Origin: Panacagrimonas sp.
GTDB lineage: Bacteria; Pseudomonadota; Gammaproteobacteria; Nevskiales; Nevskiaceae
DNA length: 64,000 nucleotides
Assembly (NCBI GenBank): GCA_041635265.1
Contig: JBFJJV010000001.1
Location: forward strand, 1,318-65,317
Direction of reading: 5' to 3'
Positions 30,069 through 39,847 of this stretch are shown one piece after another. How positions within the stretch are numbered: the first letter of the stretch is position 1; each line of letters starts with the position of its first letter. The translations under genes and the position numbers were made by a program. The notes under the pieces were generated by a model. It saw only the letters and a list, made by a program, of their open reading frames with translations, did no database searches and was not told where the DNA came from.

Positions 30069-30275
30069 TTATGAAGCAGGCTTGGTCGGATTTTCCATTT
30101 CGGTGATGACGTTACCGAGTGCACTTTTGTATCCATCGCCGAGCAGGAAGAAGGCAGCGGCAATGATCAGGGCCAAAACACCGGCAATCAAGGCATATTC
30201 CACCGCGGTAGCGCCGTGCTGCCGTTTCATGGATTCCATAGCGGCGACGCCGCGAGCAGAAATTTCGTTAAGCAT
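30069..30275 (-). CDS. flp: Flp family type IVb pilin
   Basis: 68-aa precursor. Has the Flp motif HG/ATAVEYALIAGVLALIIAA. GGAG lies 7 nt before ATG 30275, so the longer ORF (to 30347) was rejected. Confidence 0.88.
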   Translation of the reverse strand: MLNEISARGVAAMESMKRQHGATAVEYALIAGVLALIIAAAFFLLGDGYKSALGNVITEMENPTKPAS

Positions 30276-30470
30276 GGTGAACTCCGTTTTGATGAGGCTG
30301 CACTGAAATCGAACAGTGCTGACACTATGATGATGCGGAGGCTCCACGTCAAAGCTGCAGATGGGCCTGATTTCTACCGCTTATCGGCAATTTTTTTTTC
30401 CTGGCGAAAATCGCCCGGCCGTCCGGTTAACTGTACCGTTCGGGATTGAATTTAGAACCGAAACTTATCT

Positions 30471-31304
30471 ATGAGCACTTTCGCAATCGGCGACCTTCAG
30501 GGCTGTTTTGACGAACTGGTCGATCTACTCGGCCTCATATCCTTTGACAAGACGCGCGACCGGCTCATTCTGGTCGGGGATCTGGTCAATCGCGGCCCGC
30601 GTTCGCTCGACGTCTTGCGACTTGTTCGCGACCTTGGAGGTGCCGCAGACGCAGTCCTGGGCAATCACGATCTGCATTTGCTGGCGGTCGCCAATGGCGC
30701 CAAAGCCAGTCGCCGGGACACACTAGATGAAGTGCTCGAGGCCTCGGACTGCGAAGACCTGCTGGATTGGCTGGCACAGCGCCCTCTGGCCATCCACGAA
30801 CCGCTGACCAACACATTACTGATCCACGCCGGGCTCCCGCCTCAGTGGAGCGTGGCTCAGACTTTGGCGCTCGCCAGCGAAGCCAGTGATGTCATTGCCG
30901 ACGGCAGTAGCAGGTCACGCTTTCTGAACGCCATGTATGGCGACCTGCCGGATCAGTGGCAGGACAAGCTCAAGGGCGACGACCGCACCCGCTTTGTCGT
31001 CAATTGCCTGACTCGCTGGCGTTACTGTGACGGCAAGGGCCGAGCGCTGCTCAAACTCAAGGGCAGGCCGGAAGCCCGACCAGATCTCGCCATCCCCTGG
31101 TTTTTAGCGCCGCAGCGTCGGAGTCGAGGCAGCCGGATCGTTTTCGGTCACTGGTCGACTCTGGGCCAGATTCACTGGCCGGCCGCCAATGTGTATGGGC
31201 TGGACACCGGCTGCATCTGGGGCGGGCCGCTGACCGCCATGAACCTCGAAAGTAACGAAATTTTTCAGGTGCCGAGCCGAACACCTCTGGTCCCTGAAGA
31301 CTGA
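30471..31304 (+). CDS. apaH: bis(5'-nucleosyl)-tetraphosphatase, symmetrical
   Basis: N-terminus MSTFAIGDLQGCFDEL, plus the metallophosphatase motifs GDLVNRG and GNHD. Confidence 0.92.
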   Translation: MSTFAIGDLQGCFDELVDLLGLISFDKTRDRLILVGDLVNRGPRSLDVLRLVRDLGGAADAVLGNHDLHLLAVANGAKASRRDTLDEVLEASDCEDLLDWLAQRPLAIHEPLTNTLLIHAGLPPQWSVAQTLALASEASDVIADGSSRSRFLNAMYGDLPDQWQDKLKGDDRTRFVVNCLTRWRYCDGKGRALLKLKGRPEARPDLAIPWFLAPQRRSRGSRIVFGHWSTLGQIHWPAANVYGLDTGCIWGGPLTAMNLESNEIFQVPSRTPLVPED

Positions 31305-31370
31305 GCGCTTAAGTAAGCCGGGAACCCGCCTTCATTATTCACGAGGAGCGATCCCCATTTTGTGAGACAA

Positions 31371-31405
31371 AAAGAAATGAGCCCGGCGGTGCCGGGCTCA
31401 TTCTT
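31371..31405. terminator. bidirectional stem-loop between convergent apaH and the RND gene
   Basis: An 11-bp perfect stem atgagcccggc/gccgggctcat (31377-31387 and 31391-31401) with loop ggt, flanked by A-rich and T-rich runs. Confidence 0.7.
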
Positions 31406-31427
31406 GAAGCAGCTGCTGCGTTCTGAC

Positions 31428-34283
31428 TCAGTGCCGTGATTTGAATTCCGGCTTCTGACCCGGCGGCAGTTCTACTTCCTTGAGCAGGAAGGAGGCCAGC
31501 GCCGGCAAAATCAGGATGGCACCAAACATATTGCCGGTGAACATGAACACCAGCAGGGCGCCCATATCACGCTGGAACTGCAGCCCAGACCACAACCACG
31601 TCGCCACGCCAAAACCCAGTGTTACGCCGGTGAACACCACCGCCTTGCCGGTCATTTTGAGCGTCTTGAAGTAGGCGTCCTTCATCTTGAAGCCACCGTT
31701 GAGCGCATCAGACATGGTTGCATAGACATAGATGCCGTAATCCACGCCGATACCAACCGCCAATGCCACAACCGGCAATGTGGCCACCTTCATGCCGATT
31801 CCAAGAAGGGCCATGACCGCATAGGCCATCCAGGAGATCAGCGACAGCGGCAGCATGATGCAGAAGATGGACTGCCATTCGAAGAAGGAGAGATACACCG
31901 CGATGATGATCGCAATGTACACATAGACCAGAATCTGCTTTTCAAGGCGATGTACTTCCTCATTGGTGGCGGCCATGACGCCGACATTGGCCGTCGCCAG
32001 CGCGAAGTTCACCGGACAAAGCTTGTCGTATTCGCTGAGCTTGGCCTCCGCCTGACTGACACGCTCGGCAGCTGCAATTACGACTGCCTGATTGCCTATT
32101 TCGCCCTCTGGGACGTCGGGGTTCTTCTTCTTGAACTTGTCGATGACTTTCTGACGTTTGTGCCTGCTGTTGCCCACGTCCCGGCGCGCGTTCAGCTTCT
32201 CGGCGCAATAGCTGGCATTGACCTCTTTGTGGGTCTCGTAATAGGCATTGGCGTTTGAGACGTTGAAGTCCTTGGTCTTCTGCACTGCGCGCGCAATGGT
32301 AGTGGCCTTGTGATCCTTCATGAACACAAAGACGGCCATGGCAGAGCAGTTTGGATTGAGCAGGCCTGAGGAGGTCGGGATCGGCGTAATCGCCTGCACC
32401 ATGGTGTACTGGTTGCGCGGCAGAATTTTGAAGCGTGGATTCGCCTCAGAGAAGGCGGAGTTCACCGTCTTGGCAACCTGCGGCAAGGACAGGCTGGAAC
32501 TCACGCCTTCGGTGTTATCCATGTGCCAGGCGTAACGGTCGATCTGCTCCATCACCTCGTACTTCACGCAGGTTTCCGCATCGGTCTCCGCGATGATCTT
32601 GAGAATATCCAGACCGATGGCATAGTTCGCTACCACCGAGGCGGTGTCATTGTTGTAACGCGAATCCGGCAACAATTCAGGCACGCCGGCCTGACTGTCG
32701 CCCACCTGCAGCGCCTTACCTTGCCAGGTGGCCCAGCCAAACAGCAGGCCCATCGCCAGTATGGCCGTGATCGCTGGCACCGGATTGACCATATTGGAAA
32801 GCAGACGCCACAGCGGATCGAAAATGCTGTCGCGACGTTCCTGCTTCTCCATGAAACCCTTGATGTCCTTGATTTCGATCCAGGTCAGGAAGATCGGCAT
32901 CATGAACTTGTTTGTAATGATGATCGCCGCCATACCCAAGCAGGCGTTGAGCGCCATTTCGCGGACGATGTCGATCGGAATCAGGCCGATGACGGCGAAT
33001 CCGAACACGTCGGTCATGATCGCCATGGTTCCGTAGATGGCCAGACGCCGCCAGGTGAACAGCGAGGCATCAAAATTGTTGCGCCCGTTCTCGGCGATTT
33101 CACCGACCCAGGCGTTAACAAACTGCACGCCGTGCGAAACCGACACGGCCAGAATCAGGAAGGGCACCAGAATCGCGAAGGGATCCAATCCAAAACCAAG
33201 CAGGCGCAGCAGGCCGAACTCCCATATCACCGCTGCAACTGAGCAAATCAGCGGCAGCATGGCCAACTTGAAATGACCGACATAGAGCCACAACAGGATG
33301 CCCGTCATCAGCAGCGTCAGCATGAAGAAGCCGACCACCGCGAAGATTTCATCGATGATGTCGCCCACCACCTTGGCAAAGCCGATGATGTGAACTTCGA
33401 TGTTTGGATTGAACTGCGGGTTATCGACTTCCTCAGGCTCGGTGTGACCGCCCTTGATCTTGACCAGCTCGGTCTTGCCTTCCTCAATCGGGTAGTTGTA
33501 ATAGAAAGTTTTGAACTTGAGCTTGAGTCCCAGATCCACAAATCCTTCGGCAACCGCCGTGCCTGCCTTGACGGTTACTTCTTCGCCTGAGGGCAGCTTG
33601 ACGAGCTGATCGTCTTTCAGCTTATAAACCAGCTTCTTCTCTTTGGTGAAACGTCCGCGCAGCTTGTCTTCGAGATCATTGGCGACTCGACCGTAATCGA
33701 GTTTCTCGCCCGTCACCGGATCGATCTCGAGCAATTCGGAGAAGATCATGGCGCCGGTCTGATCGGTCGTGGTGTAGCGGCCCACGTGACCGCCCTTGCT
33801 CACATTGCCCTTGACCAGCGCGTGCATCTGGTCGTTTGGCGCGTAATCCGACGGAATGACGTTGCCACCCTTGAAGCCGCCTTCGACGACTTCGATATAA
33901 CGCACGTCGGGGGTAAACAAGGAGGAGACGCGCGAGCGATCTACACCTTTGAGAAAGAAGACCTCATCGGTCGCCTGCTTGAGACTGGTCAGGAAGTTCT
34001 CGGTATAGATTTCACCCTTTTCAGGCTTCTGCTTGAGTGCCACCAGAACCGTATTGGCACCTCCGAAATCGCTCATGTACTGTTTGAGCACCTGCATATA
34101 GGGATGCTCCAGCGGCACTGACTTATCAAAGCCAGCATCTGGCTTGATCTGCACCATCTGGACGAACAGGAACGCGGTAATCGCGGCCAAGATACCCATG
34201 GTGAGTTTGCGTCTGGCATAGATCAGGGGCTCGATCGCCGCCAGAACCTTGTGCGCGGTGGTTTCGTGTTCGCTGTCACTCAT
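31428..34283 (-). CDS. RND superfamily exporter (MMPL/HAE3-like, COG1033 type)
   Basis: 951 aa with two 6-TM bundles separated by large soluble loops. The N-terminus resembles the COG1033 transporters that pair with Ycf48-like proteins. Confidence 0.8.
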   Translation of the reverse strand: MSDSEHETTAHKVLAAIEPLIYARRKLTMGILAAITAFLFVQMVQIKPDAGFDKSVPLEHPYMQVLKQYMSDFGGANTVLVALKQKPEKGEIYTENFLTSLKQATDEVFFLKGVDRSRVSSLFTPDVRYIEVVEGGFKGGNVIPSDYAPNDQMHALVKGNVSKGGHVGRYTTTDQTGAMIFSELLEIDPVTGEKLDYGRVANDLEDKLRGRFTKEKKLVYKLKDDQLVKLPSGEEVTVKAGTAVAEGFVDLGLKLKFKTFYYNYPIEEGKTELVKIKGGHTEPEEVDNPQFNPNIEVHIIGFAKVVGDIIDEIFAVVGFFMLTLLMTGILLWLYVGHFKLAMLPLICSVAAVIWEFGLLRLLGFGLDPFAILVPFLILAVSVSHGVQFVNAWVGEIAENGRNNFDASLFTWRRLAIYGTMAIMTDVFGFAVIGLIPIDIVREMALNACLGMAAIIITNKFMMPIFLTWIEIKDIKGFMEKQERRDSIFDPLWRLLSNMVNPVPAITAILAMGLLFGWATWQGKALQVGDSQAGVPELLPDSRYNNDTASVVANYAIGLDILKIIAETDAETCVKYEVMEQIDRYAWHMDNTEGVSSSLSLPQVAKTVNSAFSEANPRFKILPRNQYTMVQAITPIPTSSGLLNPNCSAMAVFVFMKDHKATTIARAVQKTKDFNVSNANAYYETHKEVNASYCAEKLNARRDVGNSRHKRQKVIDKFKKKNPDVPEGEIGNQAVVIAAAERVSQAEAKLSEYDKLCPVNFALATANVGVMAATNEEVHRLEKQILVYVYIAIIIAVYLSFFEWQSIFCIMLPLSLISWMAYAVMALLGIGMKVATLPVVALAVGIGVDYGIYVYATMSDALNGGFKMKDAYFKTLKMTGKAVVFTGVTLGFGVATWLWSGLQFQRDMGALLVFMFTGNMFGAILILPALASFLLKEVELPPGQKPEFKSRH

Positions 34284-34347
34284 ATCCGCTTCCTCAAGAA
34301 TTTCTTTTGCCGCTTGCTTAGTTCAATGCGTTCGAACGGTCGCGGCC

Positions 34348-35337
34348 TTAAATGCCGACCCGGACGGCGCCCAGTTCACCTACCGCGAGAATTCCGTCTT
34401 TCCAAGGCACAGCATTGGCCAAGGTGCCGGACCCGGTCACGCCCGCTACTGACTTGACCTTGATACGCCGCACATCACCTTCAGGAGTCACAACGGCCAC
34501 CGCACCCGCTAGGCCGACCAACACGACTGAACCAGACGGCATCAATGTGCCGCCGAAAAAGGAAGAGACTGTACCGGTATCGATCTTTTTCCAGTCGCCT
34601 TTGCGCACGTTGTCAGTCATATAGACATTGCCGCGCAGTCCGTAGATGACTGCGCCGGTCTCGCCGCGAGGGACTGCGCCGTAGAGAGAGCCTTCATACG
34701 GCGACTCGAGGCGCTCCCAGTTCACGCCATCGCGGGACACGCCCATCATGCCGCTCTCGCCCACCAGAAACTGATGGCCATTTCCGAGCAAGGTCAGGTC
34801 ATTGAAATGCAGTTCCTCTTCGCGTATCGCTTCGGCTTCGATATCGTTCCAGCTTACGCCGCCGTCCGAGGTTCCCATCATCAGACCATAGGCCCCGATG
34901 GCAACGCCGTTGTTCTCATCGATAAATTTGACCTTTAAAAATGGCTTTTCCAGACCCGGATTGAAATTCTGCAGTTTCCAGGTTCGTCCGCCATCTTTGG
35001 TGTGAAGAATCACGGAGTCATGACCCACGGCCCAGCCCTTATCCGCGTTCACAAAATCGACCGAGGTGAGGGTGGAGCGCACCGGGACCTCCACCTGCGC
35101 CCAGTTCACACCATCATTCGAGGCCACGATATTGCCGCGATCGCCGACGGCAATCAGATGCCTGCCGGAATTATCCACCCCCAATAGCAGACTTTTGGCA
35201 GCCAGGCCGGCAGGCTCGGCAGGACGCGGCTTGATTGGCGGCCCCACATCCTCATCCTGAGCGCTCAGCCAGACCGGAGACAGGACCAACAGAGTTGCAG
35301 CGAGCAGACCTGCGCTCAAACGAGTCAATTTCTTCAT
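34348..35337 (-). CDS. Ycf48-like BNR/beta-propeller protein (periplasmic)
   Basis: Signal peptide followed by repeated S-x-D-x-G-x-x-W motifs (TKDGGRTW, SDGGVSW, SRDGVNW). Confidence 0.8.
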   Translation of the reverse strand: MKKLTRLSAGLLAATLLVLSPVWLSAQDEDVGPPIKPRPAEPAGLAAKSLLLGVDNSGRHLIAVGDRGNIVASNDGVNWAQVEVPVRSTLTSVDFVNADKGWAVGHDSVILHTKDGGRTWKLQNFNPGLEKPFLKVKFIDENNGVAIGAYGLMMGTSDGGVSWNDIEAEAIREEELHFNDLTLLGNGHQFLVGESGMMGVSRDGVNWERLESPYEGSLYGAVPRGETGAVIYGLRGNVYMTDNVRKGDWKKIDTGTVSSFFGGTLMPSGSVVLVGLAGAVAVVTPEGDVRRIKVKSVAGVTGSGTLANAVPWKDGILAVGELGAVRVGI

Positions 35338-35616
35338 GAATTTTTGCCCCTGGAAGTCTCTTGCGTTCTACGTGCGATATGGGCCGGTGCTCGACCGCAG
35401 ATAGCTCGGAATACGTAGGCGGCGAATCAAAAACAGGCGCGCAGCCGCTATGACGATCTGTTCTCGTCTGGCCACAGACTCTGCGTCCATCCCCGCTCCT
35501 CTGATTTCGGTCGCCGCGCGACCTTATTAATTTTGGTGCGAGCCTGCTCGCACTGGTCACACCTTGTAACAGAGGCCACCTAGGCTACGCAATGCAGCGG
35601 AGACACTCAAAGGTGA

Positions 35617-36345
35617 TCATTTCAGCCAAATCAAATTCGCCATACGCCCAGATCGCCCCTCTCGTCGATGAGAATAAAATAGTTCGGGCTCGGACAAAGT
35701 ACAGCGATTACCGCCAAATATTCCGGCGACCCCCGCTTTGCGAAGCACAATGCGCGCGGCGGCGGATAAATCGAGCGCATAGTGGCCTTGCTTTGTCTGC
35801 GCGAAGGCCGCGCTGAATTCCTTAGAGCGAGTGATGAAGGCCTCCCGCACAGTTTCATCAACCTCATAAGCCCGCGCGCTGATGGCAGGCCCAAGCCAGG
35901 CTGTTAGCTCGAAGGGTGAAACGGGCAGAGCTTTCAGCGCTGCTTCCAGTACACCGGCGGCCAGCCCTCGCCAACCCGCATGAACAGCAGCAACGCAGCG
36001 CCCAAAACGGTCCGCCAGCAAAACAGGCAGGCAATCAGCGCTCATCACCACGCATACGACCTCGGGCTGATCCGTCCACGCAGCGTCCGCCACGGCAAGC
36101 TGTCCTGCCTCAGGTAGATAAGCCACTTCGACACCATGTATCTGTTCCAACCACATCGGTTCGGCGGGCAATGACAGCTGGGTGCGCAAGAAGTCGCGGT
36201 TCTGCGCGACGCGAATCGGATCATCGCCGACGTGGGTGCCGAGATTCATTCCCGTGTAAGCGCCTTCGCTGAAGCCGCCAATCCGTGTGGTGCTGACCGC
36301 CTGCACCCGCGGATGCCGTGGCCAATCGGGTTCGATCAGCCGCAA
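35617..36345 (-). CDS. pgeF: peptidoglycan editing factor PgeF/YfiH (DUF152, laccase-domain protein)
   Basis: LRLIEPDWP...VSTTRIGGFSEGAYTGMNLGTHVGDD aligns with the E. coli YfiH N-terminus. Probable TTG start at 36345, 8 nt after the rhlB stop. The long ORF to 36618 overlaps rhlB and was rejected. Confidence 0.8.
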   Translation of the reverse strand: MRLIEPDWPRHPRVQAVSTTRIGGFSEGAYTGMNLGTHVGDDPIRVAQNRDFLRTQLSLPAEPMWLEQIHGVEVAYLPEAGQLAVADAAWTDQPEVVCVVMSADCLPVLLADRFGRCVAAVHAGWRGLAAGVLEAALKALPVSPFELTAWLGPAISARAYEVDETVREAFITRSKEFSAAFAQTKQGHYALDLSAAARIVLRKAGVAGIFGGNRCTLSEPELFYSHRREGRSGRMANLIWLK

Positions 36346-36352
36346 GCAGGAC

Positions 36353-37618
36353 TTACCTTCTGCTGCGACCACGAGATCCGCCGCCGCCCCCACCGCGCCG
36401 TGCAGGGCCGCTACGCGGTTTGCGTGGAGGTGGCCGCGACTCGACGAAGTTGGTCGGCATCCATTCGCTGGGGAAACTTTTGGTGGGTAGACGCATGCCG
36501 ATGTATTTCTCAATATCCGGCAGCGAGTAAACGTAGGTTTCACAGCATAGGGAGATGGCATCACCGGTCTCGCCTGCCCGTGCGGTGCGTCCAATGCGGT
36601 GCACATAATCTTCCGCATCCTGCGGCAGGTCGTAATTAATGACGTGGCTTACTGCCGGAATGTGCAGGCCCCGCGCGGCCACGTCGGTCGCCACCAGAAT
36701 CGGCAACTTGCCATCCTTGAAGGCCTCCAGCAGACGCAAGCGCTTGGGTTGCGGCACGTCACCGGACAGGGTGCTGGCCTCAAAATTATTGGCGCGCAGC
36801 GCCGATTCGACGATCTCCGCGCCGCGCTTTGTGTTGATGAATACCAGGGTGCGTACGGGGTCATGATGCTGAAGCAGCCCCACAAGGACTTTGAGTTTTT
36901 CGTCGTTCGCCACGTGAATCAGGGACTGGGTCACGCGCTCGGCAGTGACCTGCTCAGGTTCGATGGTGACCTGGTGCGGCTCATTCATGTGCTCGAACGC
37001 CAGCTCCAGAACACGCTGAGATAAGGTCGCGGAAAACAGATAGTTACGGCGCTTATCGGCGTCCGGCATGCGGCGGAACAGATAACGGATATCGGCGATA
37101 AAGCCGAGATCAAACATGCGATCGGCTTCGTCCAGCACCACCACTTCAATATGGCTGAGACTGTAAACGTCTTGCTTGAAATAATCGATCAAACGCCCGG
37201 GCGTACCGATGAGAATGTCGATTCCGGCCTCGATCGCCAGTCTCTGTGATTCATAGCCGGTGCCGCCATAACAGACCGCGATGCGCAAACCAGTGTCACC
37301 GCGCAGATTCATCGCATCTTCGTAGATCTGTACCGCCAGCTCACGTGTTGGCGCCAGGATAAACGCGCGCGGCTGCCCTTCGGGCCCTTTCGCGGGTTCA
37401 GCCAATAGATGATTCATGGTCGCCAGAAGGAATGCGGCAGTTTTGCCCGTGCCGGTCTGGGCCTGACCGGCAAGGTCGCGACCTTCCAGCGCTAGCGGCA
37501 GGGTTTGCGCCTGAATCGGGGTGCAGCGATCGAACCCCAATTTGGCAATGGCGGCCTGCAAACCGGGGTGAAGCGGCAGGCTGGAGAAGGAAATATCGGA
37601 TAAATGGTCTAGTTGCAT
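36353..37618 (-). CDS. rhlB: ATP-dependent RNA helicase RhlB
   Basis: Carries a Q-motif, AQTGTGKT, DEAD (VLDEADRM), SAT and HRIGRTARAG, with an Arg/Gly-rich tail. Divergent from trxA, as in E. coli. Confidence 0.92.
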   Translation of the reverse strand: MQLDHLSDISFSSLPLHPGLQAAIAKLGFDRCTPIQAQTLPLALEGRDLAGQAQTGTGKTAAFLLATMNHLLAEPAKGPEGQPRAFILAPTRELAVQIYEDAMNLRGDTGLRIAVCYGGTGYESQRLAIEAGIDILIGTPGRLIDYFKQDVYSLSHIEVVVLDEADRMFDLGFIADIRYLFRRMPDADKRRNYLFSATLSQRVLELAFEHMNEPHQVTIEPEQVTAERVTQSLIHVANDEKLKVLVGLLQHHDPVRTLVFINTKRGAEIVESALRANNFEASTLSGDVPQPKRLRLLEAFKDGKLPILVATDVAARGLHIPAVSHVINYDLPQDAEDYVHRIGRTARAGETGDAISLCCETYVYSLPDIEKYIGMRLPTKSFPSEWMPTNFVESRPPPRKPRSGPARRGGGGGGSRGRSRR

Positions 37619-37877
37619 CGTTAGAAATTATTGCCTTAGCTTGCAAGGCCGGATCGAATCGGCTCAAATAGGGTCACTCACGGGAGTCGCGGGTTACATT
37701 TTCATCGTTGCTCGGCGCTCCCGCTCTGATCGGTCCCCCCGCAGCAAGCTATCCATCATAACGCCCAAGTTCCGCCAGTGCGCGGCAAACGCCGGTTACT
37801 TGAACTGGATGCCAAATAACCCTAATTCCCAATATTGCGCGCATCTCCGTCGCGTTCATGACACATGAGGTCATTCC

Positions 37878-38213
37878 ATGAGCGAAAATATCTCCGCCGT
37901 TTCCGACGCTTCCTTTGACGAGGATGTACTCCAATCAGACGTCCCTGTTCTGGTCGACTTCTGGGCTGAATGGTGCGGACCTTGCCGCATGATCGCGCCA
38001 ATTCTGGAGCAGGTTGCAGACGAAAATGTTGGAAAGCTGAAAGTTGTAAAACTCAACGTGGACGAGAACCCCGGGACGCCCCCGAAGTTCGGCATCCGCG
38101 GTATTCCTACGCTGATTCTGTTCAAAGATGGACAGGCAGCTGCCACCCAGGTGGGCGCGGTTCACAAAGCCCAACTCACCGCCTTCGTTTCCGAGCATGT
38201 CACAGCCGCCTAA
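37878..38213 (+). CDS. trxA: thioredoxin 1
   Basis: 111 aa with the active site [10 protein letters not shown]. Confidence 0.95.
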   Translation: MSENISAVSDASFDEDVLQSDVPVLVDFWAEWCGPCRMIAPILEQVADENVGKLKVVKLNVDENPGTPPKFGIRGIPTLILFKDGQAAATQVGAVHKAQLTAFVSEHVTAA

Positions 38214-38226
38214 TAAACCCCCCCGC

Positions 38227-39786
38227 ATGATGAAGCACCGTCGCCGACATGGCGGCGGTAACCGAAACAGCAACCCGCAGCAGCGCAGCGGCGGAGGCAA
38301 GCAGTCGCTAGACGGCTTGCCGATCGACATGACAGAGGAGGAGTTCGAGGCCGAACTCGCCGCTGACATACGCGCCGATGCTGAAACTGCCAAGGCGGAA
38401 AAAGCCGCTGCAAAGGCTGCTAAAAGCCCGAAAGTTCTGGCCGATGGCGAGGAGGCCGAGCCGCCGCCGCCAATCCCCGCGCGACGCCTTGCGCCAGAAT
38501 TTGCGCCTCAGGATCCACCGATTGTTGTCCGCATTCCGGACATCAAAAGGCAAACCGCATCTGCCTTGCTCCAGCTCGCTCAGGATCAGGGGCTGGAAAA
38601 CATTGCCCGTGCGCGCAAACAGGATCTGGTCTTCAATCTGCTGAAGGCTGCGGGTCGACGCGGCGACCACATCATGGCCGACGGCGTGCTGGAGATAATG
38701 AACGAGGGCTACGGCTTTCTGCGGGGCCCGGACAGTTCCTATCTGGCTGGCCCAGATGATGTCTATGTCTCCGCGCAAACGATCCGACGGTTCAGCCTGC
38801 GCACCGGAGATACCATTTCAGGACGCGTACGCAGCCCCAAAGATGGTGAAAAATACTTCTCGCTGCTGAAAGTTGACACGATCAACTACGAAGCACCCGA
38901 AGTCAGCAAGAAGAAAGTCAATTTCGAGAACCTGACACCGCTGTTTGCCAATGACCAGTTCCGCATGGAACGGGGCAATGGCACCACCGAAGACATTACC
39001 GCCCGCGTGATCGACATCGTGGCGCCGTTTGGTCGTGGTCAGCGCGGCTTGATCGTTTCACCGCCTAAAGCCGGTAAAACCATCATGTTGCAGAATATTG
39101 CGCAATCTCTGGCAGCCAATTACCCGGACGTTTATCTGATTGTCCTGCTGATCGACGAGCGACCGGAGGAAGTCACCGATATGCAACGCACGGTGCGCGG
39201 TGAAGTGGTGGCCTCAACCTTTGATGAACCTGCTGCACGTCATGTGCAGGTTGCTGAAATGGTCATCGAAAAAGCGCGCCGTCTGGTGGAGCACAAGCGC
39301 GACGTGGTGATTCTGCTGGATTCGATCACACGTCTGGCTCGTGCTTACAACACGGTGGCACCGTCTTCGGGCAAGGTGCTGACGGGCGGTGTGGATGCCA
39401 ATGCACTGCAGAAACCAAAACGTTTCTTCGGTGCGGCACGTAATATCGAAGAAGGAGGCTCGCTCACCATCATCGCCACCGCGCTGATCGAAACGGGCTC
39501 CAAGATGGATGAAGTGATCTTCGAGGAGTTCAAGGGCACCGGCAATATGGAACTGCACCTTGAGCGTCGCATCGCGGAAAAACGCATTTTCCCGGCTATC
39601 AACATCAATCGCTCCGGCACCCGCAAGGAAGAGTTGCTGATGGACGAGGCCGATCTGAACAAAATCTGGATTCTGCGCAAACTCCTGCATCAGATGGACG
39701 AGCTGGCGGCGATGGAACTGCTGCTGGATCGCATGAAGATCACCAAGACCAACGAGTCTTTTTTCGAGTCCATGAAACGCAACTAG
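38227..39786 (+). CDS. rho: transcription termination factor Rho with an N-terminal extension
   Basis: The canonical Rho_N helix bundle starts near 38533 ([31 protein letters not shown]). It is followed by a CSD (GYGFLR) and Walker A SPPKAGKT. In-frame Met candidates are at 38197, 38227, 38230 and 38329, none with a clear RBS, so the start is uncertain. Confidence 0.9.
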   Translation: MMKHRRRHGGGNRNSNPQQRSGGGKQSLDGLPIDMTEEEFEAELAADIRADAETAKAEKAAAKAAKSPKVLADGEEAEPPPPIPARRLAPEFAPQDPPIVVRIPDIKRQTASALLQLAQDQGLENIARARKQDLVFNLLKAAGRRGDHIMADGVLEIMNEGYGFLRGPDSSYLAGPDDVYVSAQTIRRFSLRTGDTISGRVRSPKDGEKYFSLLKVDTINYEAPEVSKKKVNFENLTPLFANDQFRMERGNGTTEDITARVIDIVAPFGRGQRGLIVSPPKAGKTIMLQNIAQSLAANYPDVYLIVLLIDERPEEVTDMQRTVRGEVVASTFDEPAARHVQVAEMVIEKARRLVEHKRDVVILLDSITRLARAYNTVAPSSGKVLTGGVDANALQKPKRFFGAARNIEEGGSLTIIATALIETGSKMDEVIFEEFKGTGNMELHLERRIAEKRIFPAININRSGTRKEELLMDEADLNKIWILRKLLHQMDELAAMELLLDRMKITKTNESFFESMKRN

Positions 39787-39802
39787 CTTCGCTAGTGCAA
39801 AG

Positions 39803-39836
39803 AAAAGCCCCGCAGATGCGGGGCTTTTCTGTTTTT
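39803..39836. terminator. rho-independent bidirectional terminator between rho and purD
   Basis: aaaAGCCCCGCagatGCGGGGCTtttctgttttt: an 8-bp GC stem at 39806-39825 with an upstream A-run and a downstream T-run. Confidence 0.85.
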
Positions 39837-39847
39837 GCGCTACCTAC

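Noticed and set aside
38128-38196. The upstream part of the 552-aa rho ORF, overlapping trxA.
   Set aside because: The track's first codon at 38128 is not ATG (it reads TTG; the first in-frame ATG is 38197). The segment lies entirely within the trxA coding sequence in another frame.
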